The notes below the pieces were generated by a model. That model was not told where the DNA came from, ran no database searches, and saw only the letters and a list, made by a program, of their open reading frames with translations. A DNA stretch of 64,000 nt from the human T2T-CHM13v2.0 reference genome, Homo sapiens. Shown in pieces: positions 46,399 through 61,800 of this stretch. The DNA is taken from the NCBI RefSeq assembly GCF_009914755.1, contig NC_060925.1; one strand, written 5' to 3'. A program made the translations under genes and the position numbers. Every line of letters begins with the position of its first letter. Positions within the stretch are counted from its first letter, which is position 1.

Positions 46399-46546
46399 GA
46401 CCAGGCCTGGTGGCTCACACTTGTAATCCTAGCACTTTGGGGGGCTGAAGCAGAAGGATCCCTCGAGCCCAGGAGTTTGAGACCAGCCCGGGCAACATAG
46501 AAAGACCCTATCTCATTTTAAAAAACTAAAAAATAAAAAATAAAAT
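46399..46546 (+). mobile_element. FLAM (free left Alu monomer)
   Basis: Left arm only plus A tail; TSD AAAAAACAAAATC. Confidence 0.85.
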
Positions 46547-47559
46547 AAAAAACAAAATCCATTTTTTTAAACAAAAAGAAAAATGAGGGAAAATGAGGTG
46601 TTCTGCTTGTTTTATTTAGACTCTGAGCACAGAGTTCCCAAGATACATTCTGCTGTGGTATTCACACTGATCTCCAATTAAACCCTTCTCAGTGTGTCAT
46701 GAGCTATTCATTCCCTATAGTCACTCTGTTAGAATAGAATCTTGGTCGTGTCCCAGAGGCCTCTGTTGATGTGGCCCAACTGAGCTGGCAAGTGAGAAAA
46801 CATACACATAAATACCCATGATCTCAGCGATTCTCTCCCCTCCCCAGGACATTCCTTAGCAGAACCAATCTCTCTCACTCGGCTGGAGCCTCTCTGTTCA
46901 CAGATAGGCCTGGCTGGGCTTAATTTAGCAAAGGGCAGGCCCCCTGCAAAAGCCAGGGGTAAGTCTGGAGCCCCTGTAATGCCCCAGGACACCTTGTGTG
47001 GAGACAGGAGCCCAGCCCTGCCGAAGGAGCTAAAGGGGATGTTCAGAATGTTTGTTTTTCTCAGCTATTTAGGAACTGGAGCTCACAGGAACCACCCTTT
47101 ACTTCCTTAACTTCTCACATAAATGTTTTCTTTGGGCAGCAGCTATAGAACTGGAAACTAAGTAAAACCTTACTTTGGAATATAAAAACTATATTAATTT
47201 TTCTATAGATAAATTGTTGCATAGGAAACTTGCTAAATATTTTTAAATTATCTGTAACATCTAACATAATCTGACATTTATCCCCAAATTCAGCTTTCAA
47301 TTCTGGATTGAAACATACTTTGATCTGTTCTCTAAAAAGGACAAAGCCAGTCACTGGTGTTTTGCAAAGTCTGGGACCATTTTTCCTACACAGAATCTCA
47401 CACAATAAACAGACAAGATATTAGAAACTAAGTTCTAATATCTAGCAGTCACTCCTTCCCTGGAAGCCTGGCTGTGTCCTGAAGCCAGGTCCTATGATCA
47501 GGCAACTCTTCTGAAGCTCTGCTTCCACTAGGGACAGCACTTACCCTGTAGACTCTACA

Positions 47560-47866
47560 GATGTACCATCCAGGATGGCAGGCATGAGCCACATGTGGCT
47601 ACTGAACCCTTGAGATGTGACTAGTCCAAATCGAAATGTGCTGTAAGGATTTCAGACTTAGCACGCACAGGAGTTCAAAGACTAACTACAACAAAAGAAT
47701 GTGACATCTCATTAATAATTTTAAAATGTTGATTTCATGTTGAAATGATAATGTTTTAAATGTATTATTAACATTAATTTCACATATTTCTTTTTACTTT
47801 TTTTAATGTGGCCATCAGAAAAATTTAAATTACATGTATGGCTTATATTTACGTTGGACAGCACTG
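47560..47866. mobile_element. MER33-like hAT-Charlie DNA transposon
   Basis: AGCCACATGTGGCTACTGA...ATGTGACTAGTCCAAAT...CATCTCATTAATAATTTT...TTTAAATTACATGTATGGCT...TTGGACAGCACTG. Confidence 0.75.
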
Positions 47867-48502
47867 TTCTATAAGATGTTAGGAAAAAGATGTATTTGCT
47901 TTAAGTACTTTGCATTAAGACATAGTCTGACCTGAATCACAGTTAATCCTGTGGTCTCATAGCATCTTGGAGAGTTTTGTGGGGTGCTGGCATCCATCAA
48001 CCAACAAAATACCAAAATGACTCTAGGTAATTATAAGTGAAGCAAAACCACTGGGCAGGGATGATAACAGGCACTGTACTTAACAGGAGTCAGCGTATCA
48101 CAATGCTGCTCGGACTATGTTCAGACACTAAACTCTAAGTGTCATGAGGGCAGGGACTCCCTCTATCTTCTCACCATTGTAGCATTGCTAGCACAATGCC
48201 CACACACAGAAGATAATGATATATTTATCAAACAAATGGATGCTGTTCAAAATAAAAATATAGCTCTCTTGAAAAACAATTCTCCCTGCAAGAACTTCCT
48301 CTTCTTACTGTTTCTTTTCTCAATTTTTTTGCTTCCTACTTCCACCAACCCCTCTTGCAGAGACTGCTCCATTCCAGTAAAAGGTGAAGGTTCAACTGGA
48401 GACCTCCAAAGTTGGCTGGGCCTAGGGTTTGGGTAGGCAATTGCTGGAAGAGCACAGAGAGGGAAAGATTTCAGGCAGTGGTGATAAGAAAAGGCCCACC
48501 TG

Positions 48503-50690
<2,188 letters not shown>

Positions 50691-50750
50691 ATGGCATAGC
50701 CACTTTGAAAAATAGTTAGACAGTATCTATTCAGAAAATAGGCAGAAATA

Positions 50751-51098
50751 CCGACTGGGCATCCCTAATCTAAAAATTCAAAATCCAGCATGTTCCAAAA
50801 TCCAAAACTTTTTGAGGACCAACATGATACCTCAGGTGGAAAGCTCCATACCTGACCTCATGAAAGGTTGCAGCAAAAATGCAGGCACAACACCCAGTTT
50901 ATTCAGCATCCCCAAGAGAAAAACATAATTACCTTCATGCTATGTGTACAAGGTGTATATGAAACATAAATAAATTTCATGTTTAGACTTGGGTCCCATC
51001 CCCAAGATATCTCATTATGTATATGCAAATATTTCAAAATCTGAACACATCTGAAAATCTTCTGGTTCAAGCATTTCGGATAAGAGATATTTAATCTA
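50751..51098 (+). mobile_element. Tigger4b (MER46/Zombi-type) DNA transposon
   Basis: GGGCATCCCTAATCTAAAAATTCAAAATCC...TTTAGACTTGGGTCCCATCCCCAAGATATCTCATTATG...AAGCATTTCGGATAAGAGATA; TA-flanked. Confidence 0.85.
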
Positions 51099-51099
51099 T

Positions 51100-51640
51100 A
51101 TATACTTATTATATAACCTAACAGTTCCACTACTGGGCATTTACCCAAAAGAAATAAAACAAAGACTTGTTACATGAATATTCATAGCAGCTTAATCCAT
51201 AATAGCCTGTTACTGAACACAACTCATACATTCATCAACAAATGAATGAATAAACAAATTATATTATATTCATACAATGGAATACTACTCAGCAATAAAA
51301 ATGAATGTACTACTGATACAAATAGCATGGATGAAACTCAAAATCATTATTCTAAGAGCCAGATACTATAGTCTGTATTTTATGATTCACTTTCAATGAA
51401 ATTCTACAATAGACAGAACTATCTATCAACAGAAAGCAGATCAGTGGTTTTCTGCAGCCAGAGGTATGAAAGGTTTGAAACACGTGGCACCAGTAGGACA
51501 TATGGAAACTTTTTTGGTGTGATGGAAGTATTTTTTTATCTTGATTGTGTGGTGTTTGTTACACAGTGGTATACGTTTGTTAAAATTTATCTAACTGCAT
51601 ACTTAATAAAGTTTATTTAAACAAAACATGAAAGGAAAAA
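51100..51640 (+). mobile_element. L1M (L1MD/ME-age) 3' end
   Basis: CAGTTCCACTACTGGGCATTTACCC...CATACAATGGAATACTACTCAGCAATAAAA...GCATGGATGAAACTCAAAATCATTAT. Confidence 0.8.
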
Positions 51641-51872
51641 CTAAAATGACATAGCAAGTGGCAATGCAAACTGCCAAGTGCAAAGAATGAGTAAAGAGCT
51701 TGGTTGGCATGGAGACTACCAGTCTAGGATGCTTTCATTGCCTCAGGTCAGCTTGGAAGGCCATAAATGCTGTGAAGGTAAACCTAGAAACAAATCTTCC
51801 TGCACTGGTAACTGTCATGTTTATTTGCTTCCCTTTCCATCCCATCCTTTCAAAAAAAAAAAGTAAAAGGTA

Positions 51873-52390
51873 GTGTGGTCCACAAACTACAGTGTGGCTC
51901 CCCATGATCCCCGCCTCTTGGTGTTTGTGCCCTTGTGTAACTCCTTCTCTTTGGGTATGAGCAGGCCCTGCGACTTACTTCTAACCAATAGAATATGGCA
52001 AAGGTGAAGGAATGTCACTCCTGTGATTATATTAAATTTCAAGGCTCTCTTGCTTGCAGATTTGCTCTAGAGCCTCTCCTTGCTGACTTGAAGTGGCCAT
52101 ATGGGGAAAGCTCACATGGCAAGGAACACTAGGTGACTTCAAGGAACCCTGGACAGCCTCTAGCCAACCTCTGGCAAGAAGTCAAGGCCCTCAGTCCTAC
52201 TGCTACAAAGAAATGGATTCTGTTGACAGCCCAAGTGAGCTCTGAGTCAGATTCCTCAGTCAAGCCTCTAGAGGAGAATGCAGCCTGGCCAATACCTTGG
52301 CTGTAGCCTAGGGAGACCCTAAGCAGACAACCCAGCTAAGCGGTGCCTGGATTCCTGACCCACACACACTGTGAGATAATAAATGTGTTG
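51873..52390 (+). mobile_element. MLT1E/F-type MaLR LTR
   Basis: CCCATGATCCCCGCCTCTTGGTG...CTTCTAACCAATAGAATATGGCAAAGGTGA...GGATTCCTGACCCACACACACTGTGAGATAATAAATGTG. Confidence 0.8.
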
Positions 52391-52518
52391 GGGGGTGAAG
52401 GAGGGATGGGGGTAGGGGTGGCTGTGCATTTGGGTATGGAAGGGTGTTTTAAATCGCTTTCTAAACACGGCCTCTCCTGGCCACTCCTTAATACTGCAAC
52501 CTGCTCTCCACTCCTGTA

Positions 52519-53521
52519 ATTTTTTTTCAACATTTGTTTTAGGTTCAGGGGGTACATGTGCAGGTTTGTTACATGGGTAACTTGCATGTTGCGGAGGTTT
52601 GGTGTATGAATGAACCCATCACGCAGGTAGTAAGTATAGTACCCAATAGTTAGCTTTTCAACCCTCGCCCCCCTTCTACCTTCCACTGGGGTAGGCCCCA
52701 GTGCTTATTGTTCCCATCTTTGTGTCCATGTCTCAAAGTTTTGCTCTCACTTATAAGTGAGAACATGCAGTATTTGGTTTTCTGTGCCTGTGTTAATTAG
52801 CTTAGGATAATGGCCTCCAGCTGCATCTCTTTTGCTGCAGAAGACATGATTTCATTCTTTTAATGGATGCATAGTATTCCGTGCTTTATATGTACCGTAT
52901 TTTTCCTCCCCAGTCTACTGTTGATGTGTATCTAGGTTGATTCCATGCCTTTGCTATTGTGGATAGTGCTGCAGTGAACATGTAAGTGCATGTGTCTTTT
53001 TGGTAGAACAATTTATTTTCCTTTGGGTATATATCCAGTAATGGGATTGCTGGGTCAAATGGTAGTTCTCTTTTAAATTCTTTGAGAAATCACCAAACTG
53101 CTTTCCGCAGTGACTGAACTAATTTACATTCTCACCAACAGCGTATAAGCACTTTTCTCTACAACCTTGCCAACACCTTATTTTTTGTTTTTCACAGTAG
53201 GCATTCTGACTGGTGTGCAATGGTGTCTCATTGTGGTTTTGACTTGCATTTCTCTAATGATCAGTGATATTGAGCATGAGAATTTTTTCAAATATTTGTT
53301 GGCCCCATGTATGTCTTCCGTTCATGTCCTTTGCCCATTTTTTAGTTGGGACAAGGTCTCGATCTGTTGCCCAGGAGTGCAGTCTGATCACTGGAGTTCA
53401 GTGATGCAAACACAGCTCACTGCAGCCTTGACCTCCTAGGCTCTAGCAATCCTTCCACCACTGCCTCCCAAAGTGCTGGAGTTTCAGATTTGAGCCACCA
53501 CACCTTTGCTCATTTTTGAAG
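52519..53521 (-). mobile_element. Old L1PA (about L1PA13-16) 3' end with an internal degraded Alu fragment (about 53340-53505)
   Basis: TTAGGTTCAGGGGGTACATGTGCAGGTTTGTTACATGGGTAA...ATGGGATTGCTGGGTCAAATGGTAGTTC. Confidence 0.88.
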
Positions 53522-56500
53522 TGGGGCAAGACCCCCACTTCGTAGGACTATTACTTGATTGAGATTAAATATGTGTAAAATGCATAACATGGTGCCTGGC
53601 TTATAGTAAACACTAAATGGATTTCTTCTTCCATAGGATTTAAATAGGGAGCAATTTTTTTTCTATCAAGAGCTGATCAGAAATAAATGGGAAGCATTTA
53701 AATGCTCTCCTTCCCCTGTCCCAAGAGGACTTTCACTTTCCAACATTCTACATACTTTATTTATAATATTTATTGTTTATTTTCTGTCTACTCATGACAG
53801 ACTATAAGTTCTATGAGGATGGGAATGCCTGTATGTGCTTATTATATGACCTAACAGTTCCACTACTGGGTATTTACCCGAAAGAAATAAAACAAAGACT
53901 TATACATGAATATATTGATATATACTCCAGTCACCTCCAATAGAATCTAGAACACAGTAGGGGCTTAGTACATATTTTTAAATGAATGAAGACTAATGTT
54001 TAGTTTAAACTAGGATTGACCTATTCTTATCTTCGGCAGAGACAGAGAATAACTAATTACCACTTGTCACATATTGAGACTTCAGTACCTAAAAGGCATT
54101 ATTAGGTCACCTGTAAGTCTGTTTTCCCCCAAAGTAAAAATCCCAATTCCATTGCCCTTTTCACATAAGCCTCATTTTCTAACCTTTTTAGTTTGGTTTA
54201 ACGAATTTCCTATTTCCTCTGAATTCTGGAGTTCCAAACCAGACTCAGCACAAGCCTAACAGGGCAACCTATACAGATAAGGACAGCCCAGGCACATTGC
54301 ACACGGCAAGTTGCACCTGTTTTAAGAGTAAAAATGAGGTCAATGCCACCTTGTACTGCAGGTACCTCAATGAGACAATGCCACCCCTTCCTGCCACAAT
54401 CTTGGCAAAAGTCACTACGAAAGTAAATATCATTTTACTAGAGTCCTTTCTTTCTCTCCAGTGAATAACACAATGTAGTTATTCACTGGAAAACATCATT
54501 TGCATTTGAAAGAGTTACTAACTAAATTCTAAAGAATGTACCAAAGCCTTGCTTAACTGTAGAATGAGGCCACATGGCTGCTGGGATACCAGGTACTCTC
54601 CCTGAGCCTATTGATGGCAAATTTCATCCTGTGAAAAATGGGAACAAGACACCCACTTCATAGGACTATTATATGGTTGAAATTAAATATGTGTAAAATG
54701 CATAACATGGTGCCTGGCACACAGTAAACACAAAACAGATTTCTTCCTCTATAGCATTTAAATGGGAAGTATTTAGCGTTTACTTGCCATGTGCATGAGT
54801 GAATTTGGGAAAAGTGGGGGGAGGATATGGGGCAAAGAAGGACAGAAAGGGCCTAAGAGTAGGAAGAATTTAATACCAGAAGATGGGACAAGACCTGGGT
54901 CTAGAAACCTCTTCTGCAGATAAAGTAGCTGCAAATTATAGGGAAGGAGTCCTCAGGCTGCTTTCCTTATAACCATTTATTTTCCTGCACCTTATATCAA
55001 GAACGTTAGGCACTGGTTAAGACCCTGTCCCCTTGCAGCAGTAGAGAAAACAGGAGGAAGGAGACGGGAGGTAGAAATTTGGAAGCTAGCAGTTGAAGGC
55101 CAACTCAGAAAGCGTCAGGTGGAATTCCATTCCTAATTGACATCACCATCCTCTAACTGCAGCAATTCTCTCCAGCCCTTTTATGTGCTCCCTACAGAAC
55201 CAAGCTTCCACACAGCTGAAGGAACCTGTCTGCTCTCACCCCAGCTTCACAGAAGATGGCAGGGACTGGTTATTACTAACCTGCCTCCTAGTCTTCTGAG
55301 GCTCCAAATGGTTTTGTCAGCAAGCTGAGCTTCCCCACAATCCCACAGACTAGAAGGGGTTGGAAAGAACAAGCCTTAGAACAATACTGCTCCCCACCTC
55401 TAAGGGATCTGCTCCTCTGAGTCCCAGAAGTTCACCGCCTTCATTTGATTTCTGCTACAGGAAGACTCTGGGAATCCAGCTCTGGACCCAGCACTTCCTG
55501 ATTTTTGAAGTAGAGAGTTGACAACCCTGTTGTCATCAATACAACTGTGCTAGGTGGGTGGGAAAGGAAAATATCTTGGGCTCCCAAAATCACTAAGCTA
55601 AAAGGAAAACTCAGGATCATGGTGGATGGAAGTCAGGACTAGATTGCAGCTCCGACTCGGATGGACAGAGAAGCATGTGGAGGCTCATATCATGAATTTT
55701 TGCTCCAGAACGACTGGAGGAATAAATTACAAAACCTGAGAGGACCCACAGGCCCCCTGAAGGAAGCAGATGGCTCCTGCAGGACCCAGGAGACACACCA
55801 AATACTGTGTTAGTATTTACTTATAGAAATGCAAAATGGTCTGGAAAGTCTCAGCCATAGAATCAAACAAGTAGAAGAAAGAAATTCAGAGCTCGAACAC
55901 AAAGTCTTCAATTTGACCCAATCCAACCAAGACAAAGAAAAACAAATAAGAAAATATGAACAAAGCCTCCAAAAACTCTGGGATTATGTTAAATGACCAA
56001 ACCTAAGAATAATTGGCATTGCTGAGGAAGAAGAGAAATCTAAAAGTTTGAAAAACATATTTGGGGGAATAATTGAGGAAAATTTCCCCAACCTTGCTAG
56101 AGACCTAAACAAATACAAGAAGCACAAAGAACACCTGGGAAATTTATTGCAAAGAGATCGTCACCTAGGCACATTGTCATCAGGTTATCTAAAGTTAAGA
56201 CAAAAGAAAGAATCTTAAGAGCTGTGAGACAAAAGAACCCAGTAACCTATGAAGGAAAACCTGTCAGATTAACAGCAGATTTCTCAGCAGGAATCCTACA
56301 AGCCAGAAGGGATTGGGCCCCTATCTTCAGCATCCTAAAACAAAACAATTATTAGCCGAGAATTTTGTATCCAGTGAAACTAAGCTTCATATACGAAGAG
56401 AAGATACAGTATTTTTCAGACAAACAAATGCTGAGAGAATTTGCCACTACCATGCCAGCGCTACAAGAATTGCTAAAAGAAGCTTCAAATCTTGAAACAA

Positions 56501-56884
56501 AACCTGGAAACACATCAAAACAGAACCTCTTTAAAATATAAATCTCACAGGACCTATAAAACAAAAATACAATTCAAAAAAACAAAAACAAAACCCAAAA
56601 AACCAAGGTATACAGGCAACAAAAAGCACAATGAACGGAATGGTACCTCACATCCCAATACTAACATTGAATGTAAATGGCCGAAATGCGCCACTTAAAA
56701 GATACAGAATTGCAGAATGGATAAGAATTAACCGACCAACTATCTGCTGCCTTTAAGAGACTCACCTAACACATAAGAGACTTATCTGACACATAAGGAC
56801 TCACATAAACTTAAGGTAAAGGGGTGGAAAAAGACATTTCATGCAAATGGACACCAAAAGCAAAAGCAAGCAGAAGTAACTATT

Positions 56885-57166
<282 letters not shown>

Positions 57167-58055
57167 AGCAGTAGTTATTCTTATATCAGACAAAACAAAC
57201 TTTAAAGAAATTGCAGTTAAAAAAGACAAAGAGCGGCATTATATAATGATAAAAGGCCTTGTCCAACAGGAAAATATCACAATCCTAAACATATATGCAC
57301 CTAACACTGGAGCTCCCAAATTTATAAAACCATCACTAATAGACCTAAGAAATGAGATAGACAGTAACACAATAATAGTGGGGGACTTCAATATGTCACT
57401 GACAGCACTAGACAGGCCAATGAGACAGAAAGTCAACAAAGAAACAATGGATTTAAACTATACCCTGGAACACATGGACTTAACACATATATACAGAACA
57501 TTCCATCCAACAACTGCAGAATATACATTCTATTCAACAGTGCATGGAACTTTCTCCAAGATAGACCACATGGTAGGCGACAAAACAAGCCGCAATAAAT
57601 TTAAGAAAATTGAAATTTTATCAAGCACTCTCTCAGACCACAGTGGAATAAAACTGGAAATCAACTCCAAAAGGAGCTTTCAAAACCATGCAAATACATG
57701 GAAATTAACCTGCTCCTGAATGATCATGAAATCGAGATGGAAATTAAAAAAATCTTCAAATTGAACAAAAATAGTGATACAACCTATCAAAACTTCTGGA
57801 ATACAGCAAAGTCAGTGCTAAAAGGGAAGTTCATATTCCTAAACACCTACATCAAAAAGTCTAAAAGAGCACAAACAGACAATCAAAGGTCACACTTCAA
57901 GGAACTAGAGAAACAAGAACAAACCAAACCCAAACCAGCAGAAGAAAGGAAATAACCAAGATCAGAGCAGAACTAAATGAAACTGAAACAAACAAACAAA
58001 AAATACAAAAGATAAATGAAATGAAAACCTGGTTCTTTGAAAAGATAAATAAAGC

Positions 58056-58832
<777 letters not shown>

Positions 58833-61800
58833 TCAGGAAGAATTAGATACTCTGAACAGACCAATAACAAGCAACAAGATTGAAATGCTAATTTAAACAT
58901 TACCAACAAAAAAAGTCCAGGACCGGATGGATTCACAGCAGAATGTAACCAGGCATTCAAAGAATTGGTACCAATCCTATTGACACTATTTCATAGGATT
59001 GAGAAAGAGGGAACCCTCCCTAAATCATTCTACGAAGCCAGCATCACCCTAATACCAAAACCAGAAAAGGACATAACCAAAAAAGAAAACTGCAGACCAA
59101 TATCCTTGATGAACATCGATACTAAAATCCTTAACAAAATACTAGCTAACCGAATCCAACAACATATCAAAAATATAATCCACCATGATCAAGTGGGTTT
59201 CATACCAGGGATGCAGGGAGGTTTAACATACGCAAGTCAATAAATGTGGTACACCACATAAACAAAATTAAAAACAAAAATCACCATGATCATCTCAATA
59301 GATGCAGAAAAAGCATTTGACAAAATCCAGCATCCCCTTATGATTAAAACTCTCAGCAAAATCAGCATACAAGGGACATATCTCAATGTAATAAAAGCCA
59401 TCTATGACAAACCCACAGCCAACGTAATAATGACTGGGGGAAAAGTTAAAAGCATTTCCTCTGAGAACTGAAACAAGACAAGGATGCCCACTCACACCAC
59501 TCCTCTTCAACATAGTTCTGGAAGTCCTAGCCAGAGCAAGACAAGAGAAAGAAATAAAGGGGATCCAAATTGTTATAGAGGAAGTCAAACTGTCACTATT
59601 TGCTGATGATATTATTGTTTACTTAGAAAATCCTAGAGTCCTCCAGAAAGCTCCTAGAACTGATAAAACAATTCAGCAAAATTTCTGGATACAAAATTAA
59701 TGCATGCGAATCAGTAGCTCTTCTATACACCAACAGCGACCAAGCTGAGAATCAAATCAAGAACTCAACCCCTTTTACAACAGCTGCAAAAAATAAAATA
59801 AAATAAAATACTTAGGAATATACCTAACCAAGGAGGTGAAAGACCTCTACAAGGAAAACTACAAAACACTGCTGAAGGAAATCATAGACGACACAAATGA
59901 ATGGAAACACATCCCATGCTCATGGATGGGTAGAATCAATATTGTGAAAATGACCATACTGCCAAAAGCAATCTACAAATTTAACACAATTCTCATCAAA
60001 ATACCGCCATCATTCTTTACAGAATTAGAAAAAACAATTCTAAAACTCATATGGAACCAAAAAGGAGCCCGCATAGCCAAAGCAAGACTAAGCAAAAAGA
60101 ATAAATCTATAGGCATCACATTACCTGATTTCAAACTATACTATAAGGCCATAGTCACCAAAACAGCATGATACTGGCATAAAAATAGGCACAGAGACCA
60201 ATGGAACAGAATAGATAACCCATAAATAAACTCAAATACTTACAGCCAACTGATCTTCGACAAAGCAAACAAAAACATAAAGTGGGGAAAGGACACCCTT
60301 TTCAACAAATGGTGCTGGGATAATTGGCTAGCCACACGTAAGAGAACTAAACTGGATCCTCATCTCTCACCTTACACAGAAATCAGCTCAAGATGGATTA
60401 AGGATTTAAATCTAAGTTCTGAAACTATAAAAATTCTAGAAGGTATCATCGAAAAAACCCTTATAGACATTGGCTTAGGCAAGGATTTCACGACCAAGAA
60501 CCCAAAAGCAAATGCAATAAAAACAAAGACAAACAGCTGGGACTTAATTAAACTAAAGAGCTTTTGCACGGCAAAAGGAACAGTCAGCAGAGTAAACAGA
60601 CAACCCACAGAGTGGGAGAAAATCTTCACAGTCTGTACATCTGACAAAGGACTAACATCCAGAATCTACAACAAACTCAAACAAATCAGCAAGAAAAAAA
60701 CAAACAATCCCATCATAAAGTGGGCTAAGGATATGAATAGACAGTTCTCAAAAGAAGATATACAGATGGCCAACAAACATATGAAAAAAGGCTCAACATC
60801 GCTAATAATCAGGGAAATGCAAATCAAAACCACAATGTGATACCACCTTACTCCTGCAAGAATGGCCATAATCAAAAAAATAAAAAAATAGTAGATATGG
60901 ATGTGGATGCAGTGAACAGGGAACACTTCTACACTGCTTGTGGGAATGTAAACTAGTACAGCCACTATGGAAAACAATGTGGAGATTCCTTAAAAAACTA
61001 AAAGTAGAACTACCATTTGATCCAGCAATCCCACTACAGGGTATCTACCTAGAGGAAAAGAAGTCATTATACAAAAAAGATACTTGAACACGCATACGTA
61101 TAGCAGCACAGTTCACAACTGCAAAAACGTGGAACCAACCCAAGTGCCCACCAATCAATGAGTGGATAAAGAAACTGTGGTGTGTATATACACACATATA
61201 TATATATATATGATGGATATATATATATATATATATGATAGAATACTACTCAGCCAATAAAAGGAATAAATTAACGCATTCACAATGATCTGGATGAGAT
61301 TGGAGACTATCATTCTAAGTGAAGTAAGGCAGGAAAGGAAAACCAAACATTGTATGTTCTCACTCATAAGTGGGAGCTAAGCTATAAGGATACAAAGGCA
61401 TAAGAATGACACAGTGGACTTTGGGGACTCAAGGGGAAAGGGGGGGAAGTGGGTGAGGGATAAAAGATCACAAATAGGGTGCAGTATATACTGCTTGGGT
61501 GATGGGTGCACCAAAATCTCACAAATCACCACTAAAGAAATTACTCATGTAACCAAACACCATCTGTTCCCCAATAACCTATGGAAATGAAAATACAAAA
61601 AATAAAAGGAAAACTCAAGCTGGAAACTGTTTAGGGCAAACCTGCCTCCCATTCTATTCAAAGTTATCTCTCTGCTCACTGAGATAAATGCATATCTGAT
61701 TGCCTCCTTTGGAAAGGCTAATTAGAAACTCAAAAGAATGCAACCTTTTGTCTCTCTTCTGTGACCTAGAAGCCGCCTCCCCCACTGCAAGTTTTCCTGC

